A DNA stretch of 64,000 nucleotides from assembly GCA_030324005.1 (NCBI GenBank), contig JARDVH010000163.1, positions 18,977,741-19,041,740 on the forward strand, read 5' to 3'. Made by a program: the position numbers and the translations under genes. Below are positions 23,058 through 36,100 of the stretch, in pieces. The stretch is from Negaprion brevirostris (Eukaryota). Positions within the stretch are counted from its first letter, which is position 1, and each line of letters begins with the position of its first letter. The notes below the pieces were generated by a model that had not been told where the DNA came from, did not search any database, and saw only the letters and a program-made list of their open reading frames with translations.

Positions 23058-24150
23058 TATAGAGTCATAGTTGTACAGCGCAGAAAAGGCCCTTTGGCCC
23101 ATTGCAGCTACATTGACAACTACCACTGAAGTCGTGCTAATCCCATTTTCCAACACTTGTCCCGTATCCTTGAATGTTATGATATTTCAAGTGCTCATCC
23201 AAATACTTATTAAAGGTTGAAAGGTTTCTGGCCTTGACTATCTTCCTAGGCAGCGCATTCCAGATCTCACCACACTCCTGAGTGAAAATGTTTTCCTCAA
23301 ATCCCTTCTGAATCTCCTGCCCCTCTAAAACTATGCCCCTCGTTATTCACCTTTCAAATAAGGAAACAGCTGCTTTCTATTCACCCTATCCATGCTCCTG
23401 AAGCTTATACACCTCAAACGTGTCCCCCTCAGTCTTCTCTGCTCTTAAAAAAAAATCCAAGTCTATCCAGCTCTCCTGTAGCTCAAATGCTCCATCACAG
23501 GCAACATCCTGTACCTCCCCTAGTGTAGTCACATCCTTCCTATAGTGAAGTGATCAGAACTGCTCACAGCCCCAACATAACCTTCTTGTTCTTATACTTG
23601 TTCCACGACTGATGAAAACAAGTGTCCAGTAAGCTGTCTTAACTATCGTGTTCACCTGCCTCATGGACCTGTACCCTAAGGTCCATCTGTTCCCCTGAGC
23701 TTCCAAGTGTCCTGCCATTCATTAAGTACTCCCTTGTCTTGTTACTACTTCTAAGGTGCGCCATCTTGCACTATTAGGGTTAAATACCATCTGCCGCTGC
23801 TCTTCCCATCTCTACCTCCTGTAACCTATGACGTCCTTTACTATTAACCACCCTACCAATCTTGGTGTCATCTGCAAACTTATCTATCATTTCCCCCCAC
23901 GTTCTCATCCTACGTCAAACAGCTTAAGATTTTCACACTCTTTTTCTGAATCCTGCACCTGTGTCCTCCTTTTCCTGAGTGAAGACCAATGAGGTGGATT
24001 CGTTTAACACCCTTCCAATGCCCTGTGGCTTCACACACACATTGCCTCCTTGGTCTTTAATGGGCCCAACTCTTTCCTTGGTTAACCTCTTCCCTTTCAA
24101 TATACTTATAGAATATCTTGGCATTCTTCCTCGTCTTGTTCCCAAGTGCT
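23058..24150 (-). mobile_element. CR1 LINE fragments
   Basis: Tail tcatagttgtacagcgcagaaaaggccctttggccc; minus-strand KFADDTKIG (about 23855-23880); KERVGPIKDQGG (ORF 23933..24202). Confidence 0.8.
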
Positions 24151-27100
24151 TTTTCATGGTTAGACCATCTAATTCTTGTGTGGAAGTAAAGCAGTTTTCC
24201 AAATAACAGTTCTGTGGAATACGTTTCTCCCAAGATCTGAGATTTGAATTTTTTGTATAAATTCTGCCTCCTCAATTGAGCCAGAGAAACTTGAGCTTCA
24301 GGAATTGGTTGTTTTGGTTGAAGGAATTGTTTTGCAATTGAGAATATGCATTTTCCAGTCTGATCTGTTAGTGGAATTGTTAGTCCTCAGCAAGAGTTGG
24401 TTTAGAACCAGTCAATTCCAATGAGAGTTGCTATTTTGGCATCCTGGCATGAAAAGGGAACAACATTATATTAAGGACCAATGTCCTTGACTTATCAATT
24501 CAGCTTCATGATCAGAGCTATGGAGTTTATAAGGGCTTTATAAAAGATTTTGATAATTAGAAAGCAAGACCTGGTGGTTCCAATCGTCACTCCCTGTGAC
24601 TTGGCAGGAACACAGTGGAGCCTTGTAGATTTCTTTGTATCATACTTATAAAAGTAGTGAAATGTCTGCAATATTTATTAAATATTTTGGAGAAATTCAT
24701 GGAGCCACTGAGCTGCCTTCATGGTTTGGCAGACTGTTATTTCACCACAAACACACGTCACCTAACCTTTTTGACAACTGAAGCAACATTATTGTAGCAA
24801 AATAAGTTGCCTGTTTGTTCAGCAAATGTGAATTAAGATGTTTCCCAAATCCATACATTTCTCAATGCAACAAATCAAGGGGAGCATAGGCTTCAAGAAT
24901 ATATCATTGAAAACATGATTCAGGGCACAGTTGAAGTTCTTGGAGTAAATCGTATCTTTTGGAGAGATTTCAAAGGACATGTTTGGAATCTGAAGAGTAC
25001 AGATATTGATGTTTGTGGAACATAGCCTACATTTAATGAGGAAGATTGTTATTTGTGAAGAAGGAAACACAAGTGAATTTTTCAGCACAGCATGATACAG
25101 CTAGTATGAAGAGGTGCTGGGGGAGAAAGAATGAGCCAACTTGTGCATTAAATAAAGGCCTCGTACCAGGAAATTACAATGGGGTGTGTGTGTGGGCATC
25201 TGAATAGAGGATATGAAAAGAAGGAACAAATCCACAAATATCCAGTCCTTTGCTACACTTAAATCTTTTAATATAAATGTTTATTCTGAAAGGTAATAGG
25301 CAGAAAATGCGCTAATGTAAATATTACTACTTTTCTGATCAAGTTAATCCCCAACACGTGCATGTCAAGTTGGAAAGGGGCTGCCATATGTGGATGGTTA
25401 ATGTCATCCTGTCATTTGCTTCGTTTTGTCTGCAAATACTGGATTTTCGCTGGCCATGCTGCAGAAATTATGCATTCAAACTGCTACTGTCTACTGGTAA
25501 ATAATAGATCAAAGGTATGATTGTGATGCCCCGTAATTGTCACTTCCACAGGTAGGTATGAACTAAAAATATTGCTGAGGGGTTGGTGAGCAAAGAAACA
25601 TACATGTGACTTGTACATTAAACAGTGACCTGTTGGTGATTGGTAAGAATGCATGTGAAGAGGTCAGTACCATAAAATATGCAAACTGTAGATTGAGTTG
25701 CATCAGAGAAAGACACTGATTGTGTTTATTTTTTGATGGCCTTATTGTTTAACCTTGCATGAAAGGTATTTCACTCTTAGAATTTTGAAGNNNNNNNNNN
25801 NNNNNNNNNNNNNNNNNNNNNNNNNNNNNNNNNNNNNNNNNNNNNNNNNNNNCTTAGAATTTTGAAGCTTTAATTAAGATCATTTATCATTTTCGGACAG
25901 GAAATCGTGTATGTCAAAGCATTCTGCAGAAGTTTCCAAACTGGGTCTGAAGCAATAGAATCAGACCTGTAAAGCAGGAGTTAAATAATTATAGCTGAGT
26001 ATAAACCATATAGTTTTCTTCAAGATCAAGTGTGTGATTACAGTCCCATTTGTTTTCAGTAAGTGTTCTAAGTTAAAAAGACCACATGCATTGCATAAAT
26101 TATGCTGTTGATATAAGGATTGCCTGTAGATGAAACAAATAAAAAAACCTACATAACTGACTGTTTTAGGCAAAAACAACTAATATCTCAGTGGTAAGAA
26201 TTTTACATATTTTTAAGTATTCTGAGAGTTCGGCTGTCGTCTGAGAAGTACCTGTAATTATAATTGTAGAACAAGGCTTCAGTTTGCTTGTTTAAAATTA
26301 GGAGATTGAAGGTAACAGGGATTATTGTTTGAAAATTTGCAAGGAAATAATCCCATTTACACTTCCCTTTTTTACCTTGAAAGTGATTTGTTTAAAGGAC
26401 ATCTGTTGTGTTCACTGGATTTGTATTTATGAGAATCAGTTTGTTTTATATACTGGTATGCATTATAACAGTCCAACAAACTTCTTTCATGAATATTGGT
26501 TGCATTAGTGGTCAGTGATTCCCTTTATTATGTGGATTTGCTTTATAGAAAAATTATGGCGAAATTGTAGCCCTCAAATAAATGCAAATGTAGCAGGCTT
26601 TGCCATTTTGTTACTAAAGGAACCTTGTTTGTACACGTGTAGGCCTGTTTGTTAATGCAAGATTGCTAACATCAATATAGTCAGATCTTCATTTTGCATC
26701 TTCATGGAGGATGTAATTTTATTCTGTCAACAAAATGTTTTCAGATGAGAAAAACCTGTTACACCTTTTCTGCTCACTATTAATGCTGTTTGGACATTTT
26801 ATCCTTGCAAAACCCAAGTGCTATTTGATAGACAAATCTGCATTCCTGAAATTATCTGAATTCTTTGAGGACATGACTTTAATTTGAAGGAGGGGGTTGA
26901 ATTTAAGGAGTGGTTACTGCATGTAACAGGAGTACTCTTTGTGTGATTGCATAGTATCTTTACAAAAGTTGTCTCTTTTTATCTTTCTCCTCTCCAGTGT
27001 ACCAAACCCCCCACCGCTTACACAGTTTCAAAATATAGATTAAATTGTTTTTTTTTAGTAAATGCAATTGTGTTTGAATATAACATTCTGTTGCTGAAAT

Positions 27101-29629
27101 CTCAGTGCAAGCATAAATACCTAACCTTCCAATGATTTTAAACTTTTCCAGACTTAAGATAATTGGATTATTTGTGGAGTGTTAGTAACTGATGTATAAC
27201 CCGCAGTCATTACTGTACATATCTACTTTCGAAACTAATTTTCTCATTGTTGCTATAGTGCTTTCTTTTGTAGTCCTGTATCCATCGTAACACTCGGCCT
27301 GCTGTTCGATCCAAAAATGGTGTAGAGCTTGACCTAAATAATTTAAGTAGAGGTTTCACCAGTAGTCAGGTCATTACGTTAATAGTAAAGCTGTAAAGTC
27401 TGTGGGAAGTTGTGAAGTAAAACGGATGAGGAAATCCTAAGTACATCTGATGACTTTTGGAAAAAAAATGAAGGGTGTGAAATACAGCTGTCAGAGAAAT
27501 TTTAAGATATGTTTTGCTCTCAAAACAGTGAAGTGAGTCTTTAGCTGGTATTTCCTTTGGTAGAAAAATGTTTCCAGCTGTGATACATCTGCCTATTTTT
27601 CTTTGTTCCACAAAAAATGAACATTATGGGGGTCAGGGATTAATTAGACATTTTGTCAGAGGAGGGGGATGAATCTACTTCCAGATGCTCTTTCACAAGG
27701 GATCCAGATATTTATTTCTGTTTTCCATTTAGGTCTTTGCTTAGATTGTCTTTGAAACCAATAAATATTTTATGAACAAATGTGCTTGTGCAAGTTCTAA
27801 AAGTGGATAAAAAGCTTCTAAGTCAGTTAGGTACTTGAATATATATGCATACAGCTAGGTGGTAGAGGAAGAATAAGGTAAGTTTCAGAGAATGGAGTCA
27901 GAGATGGAAAAGAAAGGAATATTCAAAGATGAATTACAGTAAGGAAGCTACTCCAGTAGGGGTGTGAAAGGGACTAGATGATGGTTGTAATGTACAGTAG
28001 ATTTCTGAAAATTTTGAAACTTGTTCACAGAGCTCCTGTCTGCTAATTTTTGACCATCTTTAAATTATGATGAGAAAACCTTGGTCTTCAAGAAATTTTC
28101 GATAAACCACTGTTTGAATTAAGACCTCAAGAAGTCTTAAGCACTTTTTTAAAAGCATCTTTGACAATGAAGTGAAGTCATACACTGCATGACAACTTAT
28201 CAAGAGCATCTATGGTTTGAGGGGTGCAGGCTTGTTGCACATTGTGTAGTTTTTGAACAGAGATAAAGGAAAATGAATGACCTTTCAAGCTGAGATGTGC
28301 AAGCAAATAATTGCTGTCAAATACAGTTTCCTTGTGTAGACCTGTCAAGTTACAACCATTTTTACTTTGTAAGACTGTATCCTGTGCCTCATTCAAAAAA
28401 AGAACACCTGTTTTCATTAATATGTGGTCCTGATCCTAATTTGTGTGTTTGTACATATATCTTCTTTTTTGTCTCAAAACTTCTTTCAAGCAGTTTGACC
28501 ACAGAAGACTTGAGGAGGAGTAGTGGGTAGATTGTCAAGAAGAAATATATTACTAGAATGATGTAAGAGAGAAGTTTGCTAATGATGGAACTATTTTTGC
28601 AGTTGGTTTTAAACATTTTTGCAACATCAAAATCTTGACAGCAAGCATGTCTCTGCAGGAAGGCCTTTTTCTTGAGGCAGGTGCTTAGTTGTGTGATGGG
28701 GGAAGTGACTCATGGAGTCTTTGAACTGGATCAGGAATGTGTCTGGGGAGAAGAGACTGAATGATTGTTTGCTGCTACAAGCCTCAGGGTCTGAACTGGT
28801 GAGGAGGAATGTTATTGTGTCTTTTAAAGCAGGTTTTGCACATGTCTTTGAGGTAGGGTCCCTGGGGAGTACCCTTCAGTAGCCAGCATAACAGTGGCTG
28901 CCTGGCCATCCTGATCTGATTGGATAGCAATTGTTTGTCTGGCCAAGAGATGAGGGGCCACTGGAATGTTCCATATTGCATCTACTTTGACCACCAAGCG
29001 GAGCTCACAAGACAGCGAGAGGAGTAACTCTAAATGTTTATAGATTCTTCACTAGAAATTGGACTGCATAGTGTGACCAGGGCGCAGTAAATAATTTCGT
29101 TTACAAGGAAATATTAATGTTACATTCCTGCTATTCAACCAGCTCAATGTTTATATATTTTTTAAGATTTTCATTTAATAAAGGAAATTGAGAGTCTGAG
29201 TACTTCTCAAATCATATCTGTATTTCTCTCACTGATGTTATTTCTATGTATATATCATGTGTCAAATTAATATTGTGAAGAATAAATATGTACTGCTCCT
29301 TTCTTGATTCTGTGAAGCATGAAGAAGAGAGTTTTCAGTGCTATAAATCTTGAGAGCTCTTGCACCTGTTATTGATCCAGAATCAGCCACTGTTGATTGA
29401 CTGTTGTAATGAAAGGGTGAGGTAGTTAAAGAAATTCTGCAATGATATGCTTTTGGCTCCATGTTGGGCATTACAACCGTTTCCAGGAGAGTAAGGTCAG
29501 TGTGCTATTGTCCAATTTTTACGTTCTTAATTCCAAAATCTAGAAGGTTATGGGTGATTTGATTTGCTGGTTTTAGAGATTTGAAATGAACTGAAAGGGT
29601 AAAGTGTGGGAAACTTTTTCTGTTGCTGT

Positions 29630-30450
29630 AGGTACCTTGGACAAGAGAGATTCCAGGACACCATGTTGCCTCCCTGATGCTAGGATCAAGGATGTCTTGG
29701 AGTGGTTGCAGGATATTCTAAAAGAGGAGAGTAAACAGCCAGCTGTTGTGGTACACATTGGTACAAACAACATAGGTCTTAAAAAAAGGAATGAGGTCCT
29801 AAAAGCAGGACTTAGGTGTGGAGAAATTTCTTGATCCAGAGAGTGAACCTGTGGAATTCACTACTGTAGAAAGTAGTTGAGACCAAAATGTTGTGTGATT
29901 TTAAGAAGAAATTAGATATAGCTTTTGGCTACAGGGATCAAGGGATTGGGCTGCAGGGNNNNNNNNNNNNNNNNNNNNNNNNNNNNNNNNNNNNNNNNNN
30001 NNNNNNNNNNNNNNNNNNNNNNNNNNNNNNNNNNNNNNNNNNNNNNNNNNNNNNNNNNGGGGGTGGCGTCAATAGTTCTTGGCTACAGGGCTCAAGGGAT
30101 TTTGGGGGGGCGGGGGTCAAGGTATTGAATTTGATGATTAGCCATGATCATAACAAATAGTGGAGCAGGCTCAGAGGCTGACTGGCCTACTCCTGCTTTA
30201 TTTTCTATGCATGTTTTTATGTAAAATTGAGCCTGGAGAAAAGTTGGGAAATACTTCTTTGTGCAGAAGATACAACTGTGGAACTCTCTCCTATAAAATG
30301 TGTTAAATGCTAATTTAGATTAATTTTTCGATCTGAGTTTTTTGCGCTATCAAAAAGAATACAGAACTATAGAGTTAGGATATAGATATTGATCTCATTG
30401 AATGGCAGGACAAGCTTGAGGGGCTTCATGGTCTACTTCAGTTCCAATGT
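29630..30450 (+). mobile_element. CR1 LINE fragments, including an ORF1 SGNH-esterase remnant and 3' ends
   Basis: CCLPDARIKDV...KQPAVVVHIGTNNIG (CR1 ORF1 esterase motif), then WNSL...FKKKLD and tails ggagcaggctc...ggcctactcctgct. Confidence 0.75.
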
Positions 30451-31504
30451 CCCTTTATGAACATTGGGCTCTATTTTTGCAAGGTGGACCTACTGACAGA
30501 AAATACTGTGATTCACTGCCTTATCCTGTCAGCCGAATTCTAGACGTGCAATTTAATGGCATAGCAGAGTAATTGGAATAAAGCTTGCTTGTATTTCAGA
30601 TGCAGGGGACAGGAGGACCATGTGTCAACTTTTCGTTAGATTCTGTTATGGTGCTAAAGTAGGATTTTCTGATTCCGTTGCTGTCAATGAAATTTTCTCA
30701 TTGGCTGCAGGGAACTTAATTGGTGGGACCAGAAGATCCATCGGCATCAACTGCAAAAACATCCCGCNNNNNNNNNNGTTAAGTACTTTAAAGTGTATTC
30801 ACAGTTTTAAAAACTTGGAACTAAAATAGTAATGAGCTAGCTTTGTTTCCCTATAGACTCTAAATAGTAAGTAAATTGTTTCAGGCATCAATAATTGCCC
30901 CGTGCTCATTATGTTGTAATGTCTCTATTTGTTCTACAGCCTCTAAAGTGAGCAATTCGCCATTCGCAGTGATTTCAATTGTCATCATATCTCCCCTGCT
31001 CCCTCCTCCTGAATTCAGTATCCTTGTGTCCTGTCTAAACTTCTCTCCTGCCTCATCAATTAATTTAATTCGTGACCAACCCTGTCAGCCTTGCACCTCC
31101 TATGGTTTAGCTCAATGCCAGGGCCATCACTGATCATTTTATTGTATCCATCACCACTACACTCCCCTTCCAATATTTTCTGTCATTTGAAGGGGCCAGG
31201 GGAGACTTTCCCTAAGACAAAGCACTTCACAGCCAATGAAGTGCAAGCACTGTTGTGATATAGGAAATATGGCAGTCAGAAAGAAGGCTACCTACTCAGG
31301 CTCCTCCTTATTATCTCCAAGGTTATTTCATCCATCACATTTTTCGGTTACTCCCTCAGCCATATTCTCTCTAAACCTACTTATCACCCAACGTTTCTTT
31401 CTGGCTCCCAAGCTTACCAACATTGTAAATGGTTCAGTCTCCTCAAGTACTGATTACCCTCTTTCAAGTTTGCTGCCATCAACCACAAATAAAATATCCA
31501 TAAC

Positions 31505-31825
31505 TCGATGAATAGGCTCCACCTATGAGATTGTTAGTTCGAGTTCCGCCTCAGGTCTTGAACACAAAAACCGTAACAGTCTTGTGCACTATTCGAACAA
31601 GAACAATGGAGTTATTTCCAGTATCCTATTTAATATTTATTCCCCAAATACTACAGAATAGGCTATTGGGTCATTATCACAATGCTGTTTGTGCAAGCAT
31701 ACTATGCACAAATTGACTGCTTTATTTCTTATATTACAACATTACCTGCATTTCTTTGGCTTTTAAGTGTTTTTGAGATATCATATGGTTATCAAAGGTG
31801 CTATATAAATGCAAGTATTTCAGTT
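31505..31825 (+). mobile_element. Deu-domain SINE
   Basis: ggtcattatcacaatgctgtttgtg, gcacaaattgactgc, attacaaca, and tail aaaggtgctatataaatgcaagt. Confidence 0.7.
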
Positions 31826-31959
31826 TTCTTTCCAAGCCACTCGGCTGCTCTTAAACTCAGCCAACTCGAGTTTGACCTTTCCATTTGTTGTGATACTTGG
31901 ATTGGCTTAATTACTACTTCATCTTCATGTTTGATGCTTTTACCCTTTGCAAACCCTTT

Positions 31960-32270
31960 GCGGTGGCATAGTGGTTAGCACTGCTGCCTCACAGCACCAG
32001 GGACCAAAATTCAATTCCTGGCTTGAGTCACTGTCTGTGTAAAGCCTGCATGTTCTCCCTGTCCGTGTGGCTTTCTTCCCTGGGTGCTTCTCCTCTCCTA
32101 ACCAGCACTCCGAATGATGTGCTGGTTAGGTGCATTAGCCATACTAAATTCTCCCTTAGTGTACCCGAACAGGCGCTGGAGTATGGCAACCAGGGGATTT
32201 TCATAGTACCTTTATTGCAATGTTAATGTAAGTTTTATTGTGATGTTAATAAACTAAGCTTATAATAAAC
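31960..32270 (+). mobile_element. V-SINE type B
   Basis: ggtggcatagtggttagcactgctgcctcacagc...taaattctccctt...gtacccgaacaggcgc...ggggattttcatagta...tgttaatgtaag. Confidence 0.8.
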
Positions 32271-32932
32271 TGCTGTCTCCCATTGCAACCATTCTGCTTA
32301 TATGGGGTTCACATCTTCAGTTCCTCCAGTCCAAGGGGCGCAGACTTGGGAGCATCAGGCACACAGCTAATTTCATTATCATCAGATTTTGCTGTGTCGC
32401 CTCAAACATGTGTGGTCCTTACTCTTCACTGTTAGCCCCTCTCTACTCCAAGATCTTTCTCTAGAGCAAAGATGACTTCTCTTTCTTTTTTCACCATCAT
32501 TATTCTTCCCAAGTATTTTTCCCCATTCTTCCATCATCTCTGCCAACAACTTGGAGGTGTTTGTTCTTTTTTGTTATTAAATTTTAAGGCCATCCATTAC
32601 ATATCTTTATTGATTTTTGCTCTTTCCGCACTGGTTAAAATAAACCCTCTGCCCAAACTCTTTCCTGTCCTCTCTAAGCTTATCTCATTCATGACACCTC
32701 CTTACACCCTTGACTCATTTCCATTGAACTGTTGGCCACCCAGCATCTCATTCTGACACCTATGCTTACTGATATTGTGACTGTTTTTGACTCTTCAAGA
32801 GCAGTCTAGCACTTTCTCAGTGCTGATGCAGTNNNNNNNNNNNNNNNNNNNNNNNNNNNNNNNNNNNNNNNNNNNNNNNNNNNNNNNNNNNNNNNNNNNN
32901 NNNNNNNNNNNNNNNNNNNNNNNNNNNNNNNN

Positions 32933-33157
32933 TGCCCCCTAACCTTCTGTAACAACCTTTTGTGCGGCACCTTATCAAACGCCTTCTGAAAATTGAGAAA
33001 CACCACATCGACTGGTTCCCCTCCGTCCACCGCACTAGACACATCCTCATAGAATTCCAATAAATTCATCAGACACAACTTCCCCTTAACGAATCTGTGC
33101 TGCGTCTGCTCTATCAAACAATTATTCTCAAGATGCCTCGCTATTTCCTCTTTCCTC
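32933..33157 (-). mobile_element. Young CR1 LINE RT fragment next to a gap
   Basis: Open frame QHRFVKGKLCLMNLLEFYEDVSSAVDGGEPVDVVFLNFQKAFDKVPHKRLLQK; CpGs retained. Confidence 0.85.
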
Positions 33158-36100
33158 AACTTTTCTGCAACTCCCTGTTTGTGTTTTCTGCCTCAGTCGC
33201 AACACCGAAACAGCCCTAATCAAATTGCAAATTAACCCTCTGTGATTGTAACCATGGTTTATTATCTTATGCTATCTTCTCTACAGCCTTTGACTTAGTT
33301 GACCACACCTTATCTTCCAGTACCCCTCTTGTCCAATTCAGTAGGATTACTTTGTTACTTGTTCCTATGTGATTTTGGTTATTACGACTCCAGCAATGAC
33401 ATTTGTTCCTAAACCCACATTGCTAAGTTTGGAGTATGCCAGGGATCTTTCCTTTCTGCATCTACACCCCATCCTAATATTCACTCTGACCTTTGGTAAC
33501 ATCATCCACAAATATGGGATCAGATTTACACACTTACACAGACGACACTCAGCTCAACCTCTCCCTCAGCTTTTCTTGACCCCTGTATTAGCTCTGTAGT
33601 TAACACTGTATAATATGCAGTTTGGATGAACCACAATTTGTTCTCATTAAATATCTGAAAGATAAAAGCCATTACTATTAGCTATTCATCATGGCATCAT
33701 TATGCTTGACACAGATTTCATTACCCCCCCGCCCGCAAACTCCTCAGCCGTTATCTTGGATGTCTTGGACAATTTGCAGCCTTAGTGTCTTATTTACTGG
33801 AGCTAAGTTTCTAACACTACATCCTAGCTATTTGACCTCTGTCACATCACCCAATGATGTTGGGAAGCTGACTCCGCTCATCTGTTAGTGAAACCATTAT
33901 CCATGTCCTTGTCACCTCTAGACCAGACTGTTAAAAATGCCCCTGGATGACTTTCCATTCTCTACCCTATGTAAGTTTAATCATATCTAAAACTTTGTTA
34001 CCTGTATCCTATCCTGCTGACCCATGTCTGTGCTGACTACATTTGCGTGTTTAAGCTGCCTCATTAGTTTGTTGCTTCCTTTCTATGTAGCTTCTCCAGC
34101 TTTGTAATCTCTCCCAGGCATCCACGCCTCTGGAGTTGGCTTCCTCTACATCTTGTTCTGCCTTCGCTCTGCCATTGGCAGTAGGAATGCCTTCATCCAC
34201 TGAACCCCAGCTCTGGAAATTGCTTCCTTTGCCCTCTGCTTTTTTCCCCTTCTGATCCTCAGTAAAACATATTTCTTTAAGGAAGCTTTTTAGTTGCCCC
34301 TTCTAATGTCCGCTACTTTGGTTCATTATCTATTTTAGTACTGCATGTGCAGTACTTAAGGACGTTCTTGTAAAGGTGCAAAATGAAATGTGTTGTTGCA
34401 TGATGCTCAGCCATTAGAATGGCAAACACTGCAATACCAGAGAGAAAGATTTAAGCAAGCATCTAAACTTACAAGGTCTTTGAGAATTTCTGCATCAGAA
34501 ATTATCCAAATATGTTGACTGGCAGAGTGTATGTTTAATTCTACAATAGAATTACTGGTCCATTAACCAGTCATACACTCAGATCAGTGTTGACATTTAT
34601 TTTGTGTAGGTGTTTATTTGAAGCTCTGTTAAAGGATGTTTACTTTTAAATTCACAGTAACTACTGAGGCAAGTGCATGATTGGGTTTTATACCTTAAAA
34701 TCTTATTAGCAAATCAGTGAAGTTGTTTTCAAGAAGATAAATTTATTTTCATTGGTATCAGTTGGCACTAAATTTTGTTGATCATAACATTATATAAGTG
34801 ACCCATAACAATTATTTGTAAAATGAATTGCTCCATCAGCAAATGACGGGTCCTTTAGGAGTCTCAGTAGATATATTTTTTAATATTTTAAGTTAGTGTT
34901 ACTTTTAAATGTTTATTGTATCCATGACACTAGTATTTATACAAATCAAAACTCATTTGGATGAAAATGATATTTTGAGCAGTATGCAGTTACATTTTTG
35001 TAGGCCACAGTATATTTTTATATTACTTAGGGATATTATTTTGTAATACTGATGAAAGTCTGTTTAATCCTGATACAAGTTTATTCCCACACTTGCTGAT
35101 GCATCATTTTCTTTGTTTGACAGCCGACATGGTGGTAATTGTTTCTTACATATTGGATCAGATTCCTATTTTTCTAATTAGGATTATGAAATGGCAGTAA
35201 TTTTAGTGAGAAAATTGAAATGCAAAATTAAAACAAAAAGCTAAGTGCACAAGGAAAATCATAACTATTTTAATCCCTTCTCATTCACCTTGCTGAATGT
35301 ATTAAGGGTTTAAAAAAGGCTTTCCTCCTTAATTATATGTGAAGTACAAATTAATTTGCTTTCACTGCTGCCAGACAGCTGTACTTGTAGACTCTTGTGT
35401 GGTATCTGATTTTAAAAAAAATTGGTAGTCTCTATNNNNNNNNNNNNNNNNNNNNNNNNNNNNNNNNNNNNNNNNNNNNNNNNNNNNNNNNNNNNNNNNN
35501 NNNNNNNNNNNNNNNNNNNNNNNNNNNNNNNNNNNAAATCTGATTTTAAAAAAAATTGGTAGTCTCTATTCCTATACATTTTCATTTCAGTGATTGCATG
35601 TTATGTGAATATCAGACCCAGGTGAGATGTTCACACAAGGAATCTTTGAGATTATCTGCAATGTGGTAAAAAAGATGAAATAGGAGAGTTATCAACTAAA
35701 ATAACAACAATTTTTAATAAACTTGTCCAGCTGTGAAAATGCTGAATAGCATCGGAACAACTCTTTCAGTGCTTGTTGAAATGTTAATAATGACTGAGAA
35801 TAAAAAAGCAAGGCAGTGGATAATATTTAGGAGGCATTTCTACACTTAAAAGTGGAGTGAAATTAGCAGATATTGCTCACTCGCTGCCCACTTCCTTGCA
35901 TGGCTGTATTGCCCAGCTGCTATGATGATTCACTATCATATTCGCTTATATTTTCTAATGGTCTGGCATTCTTGCTTTTATGTGGCAGCTTGCAGTCACC
36001 CACTCTGAGATCAGTTGTAACCATATCCGCCTGGTGGGAATGAGGCAAGTGGGCAGTTAAAAACAAGGTGGTTAATTACCTTCATAGATCCCAACCATTT

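Larger units (their letters stand above)
30950..34390 (+). mobile_element. Decayed L2-type LINE with nested insertions
   Basis: Pyrimidine-rich plus strand; TAFDLVDHT (about 33285-33310), PQG-like and (A)DDTQL remnants (about 33435-33560); L2-like end ..gtaaaggtgc.. near 34375. Confidence 0.6.

Noticed and set aside
29604-29834. ORF with an SGNH/GDSL esterase-like motif (HIGTNN)
   Set aside because: It is a fragment of CR1 ORF1, contiguous with CR1 3' sequence, not a host gene.
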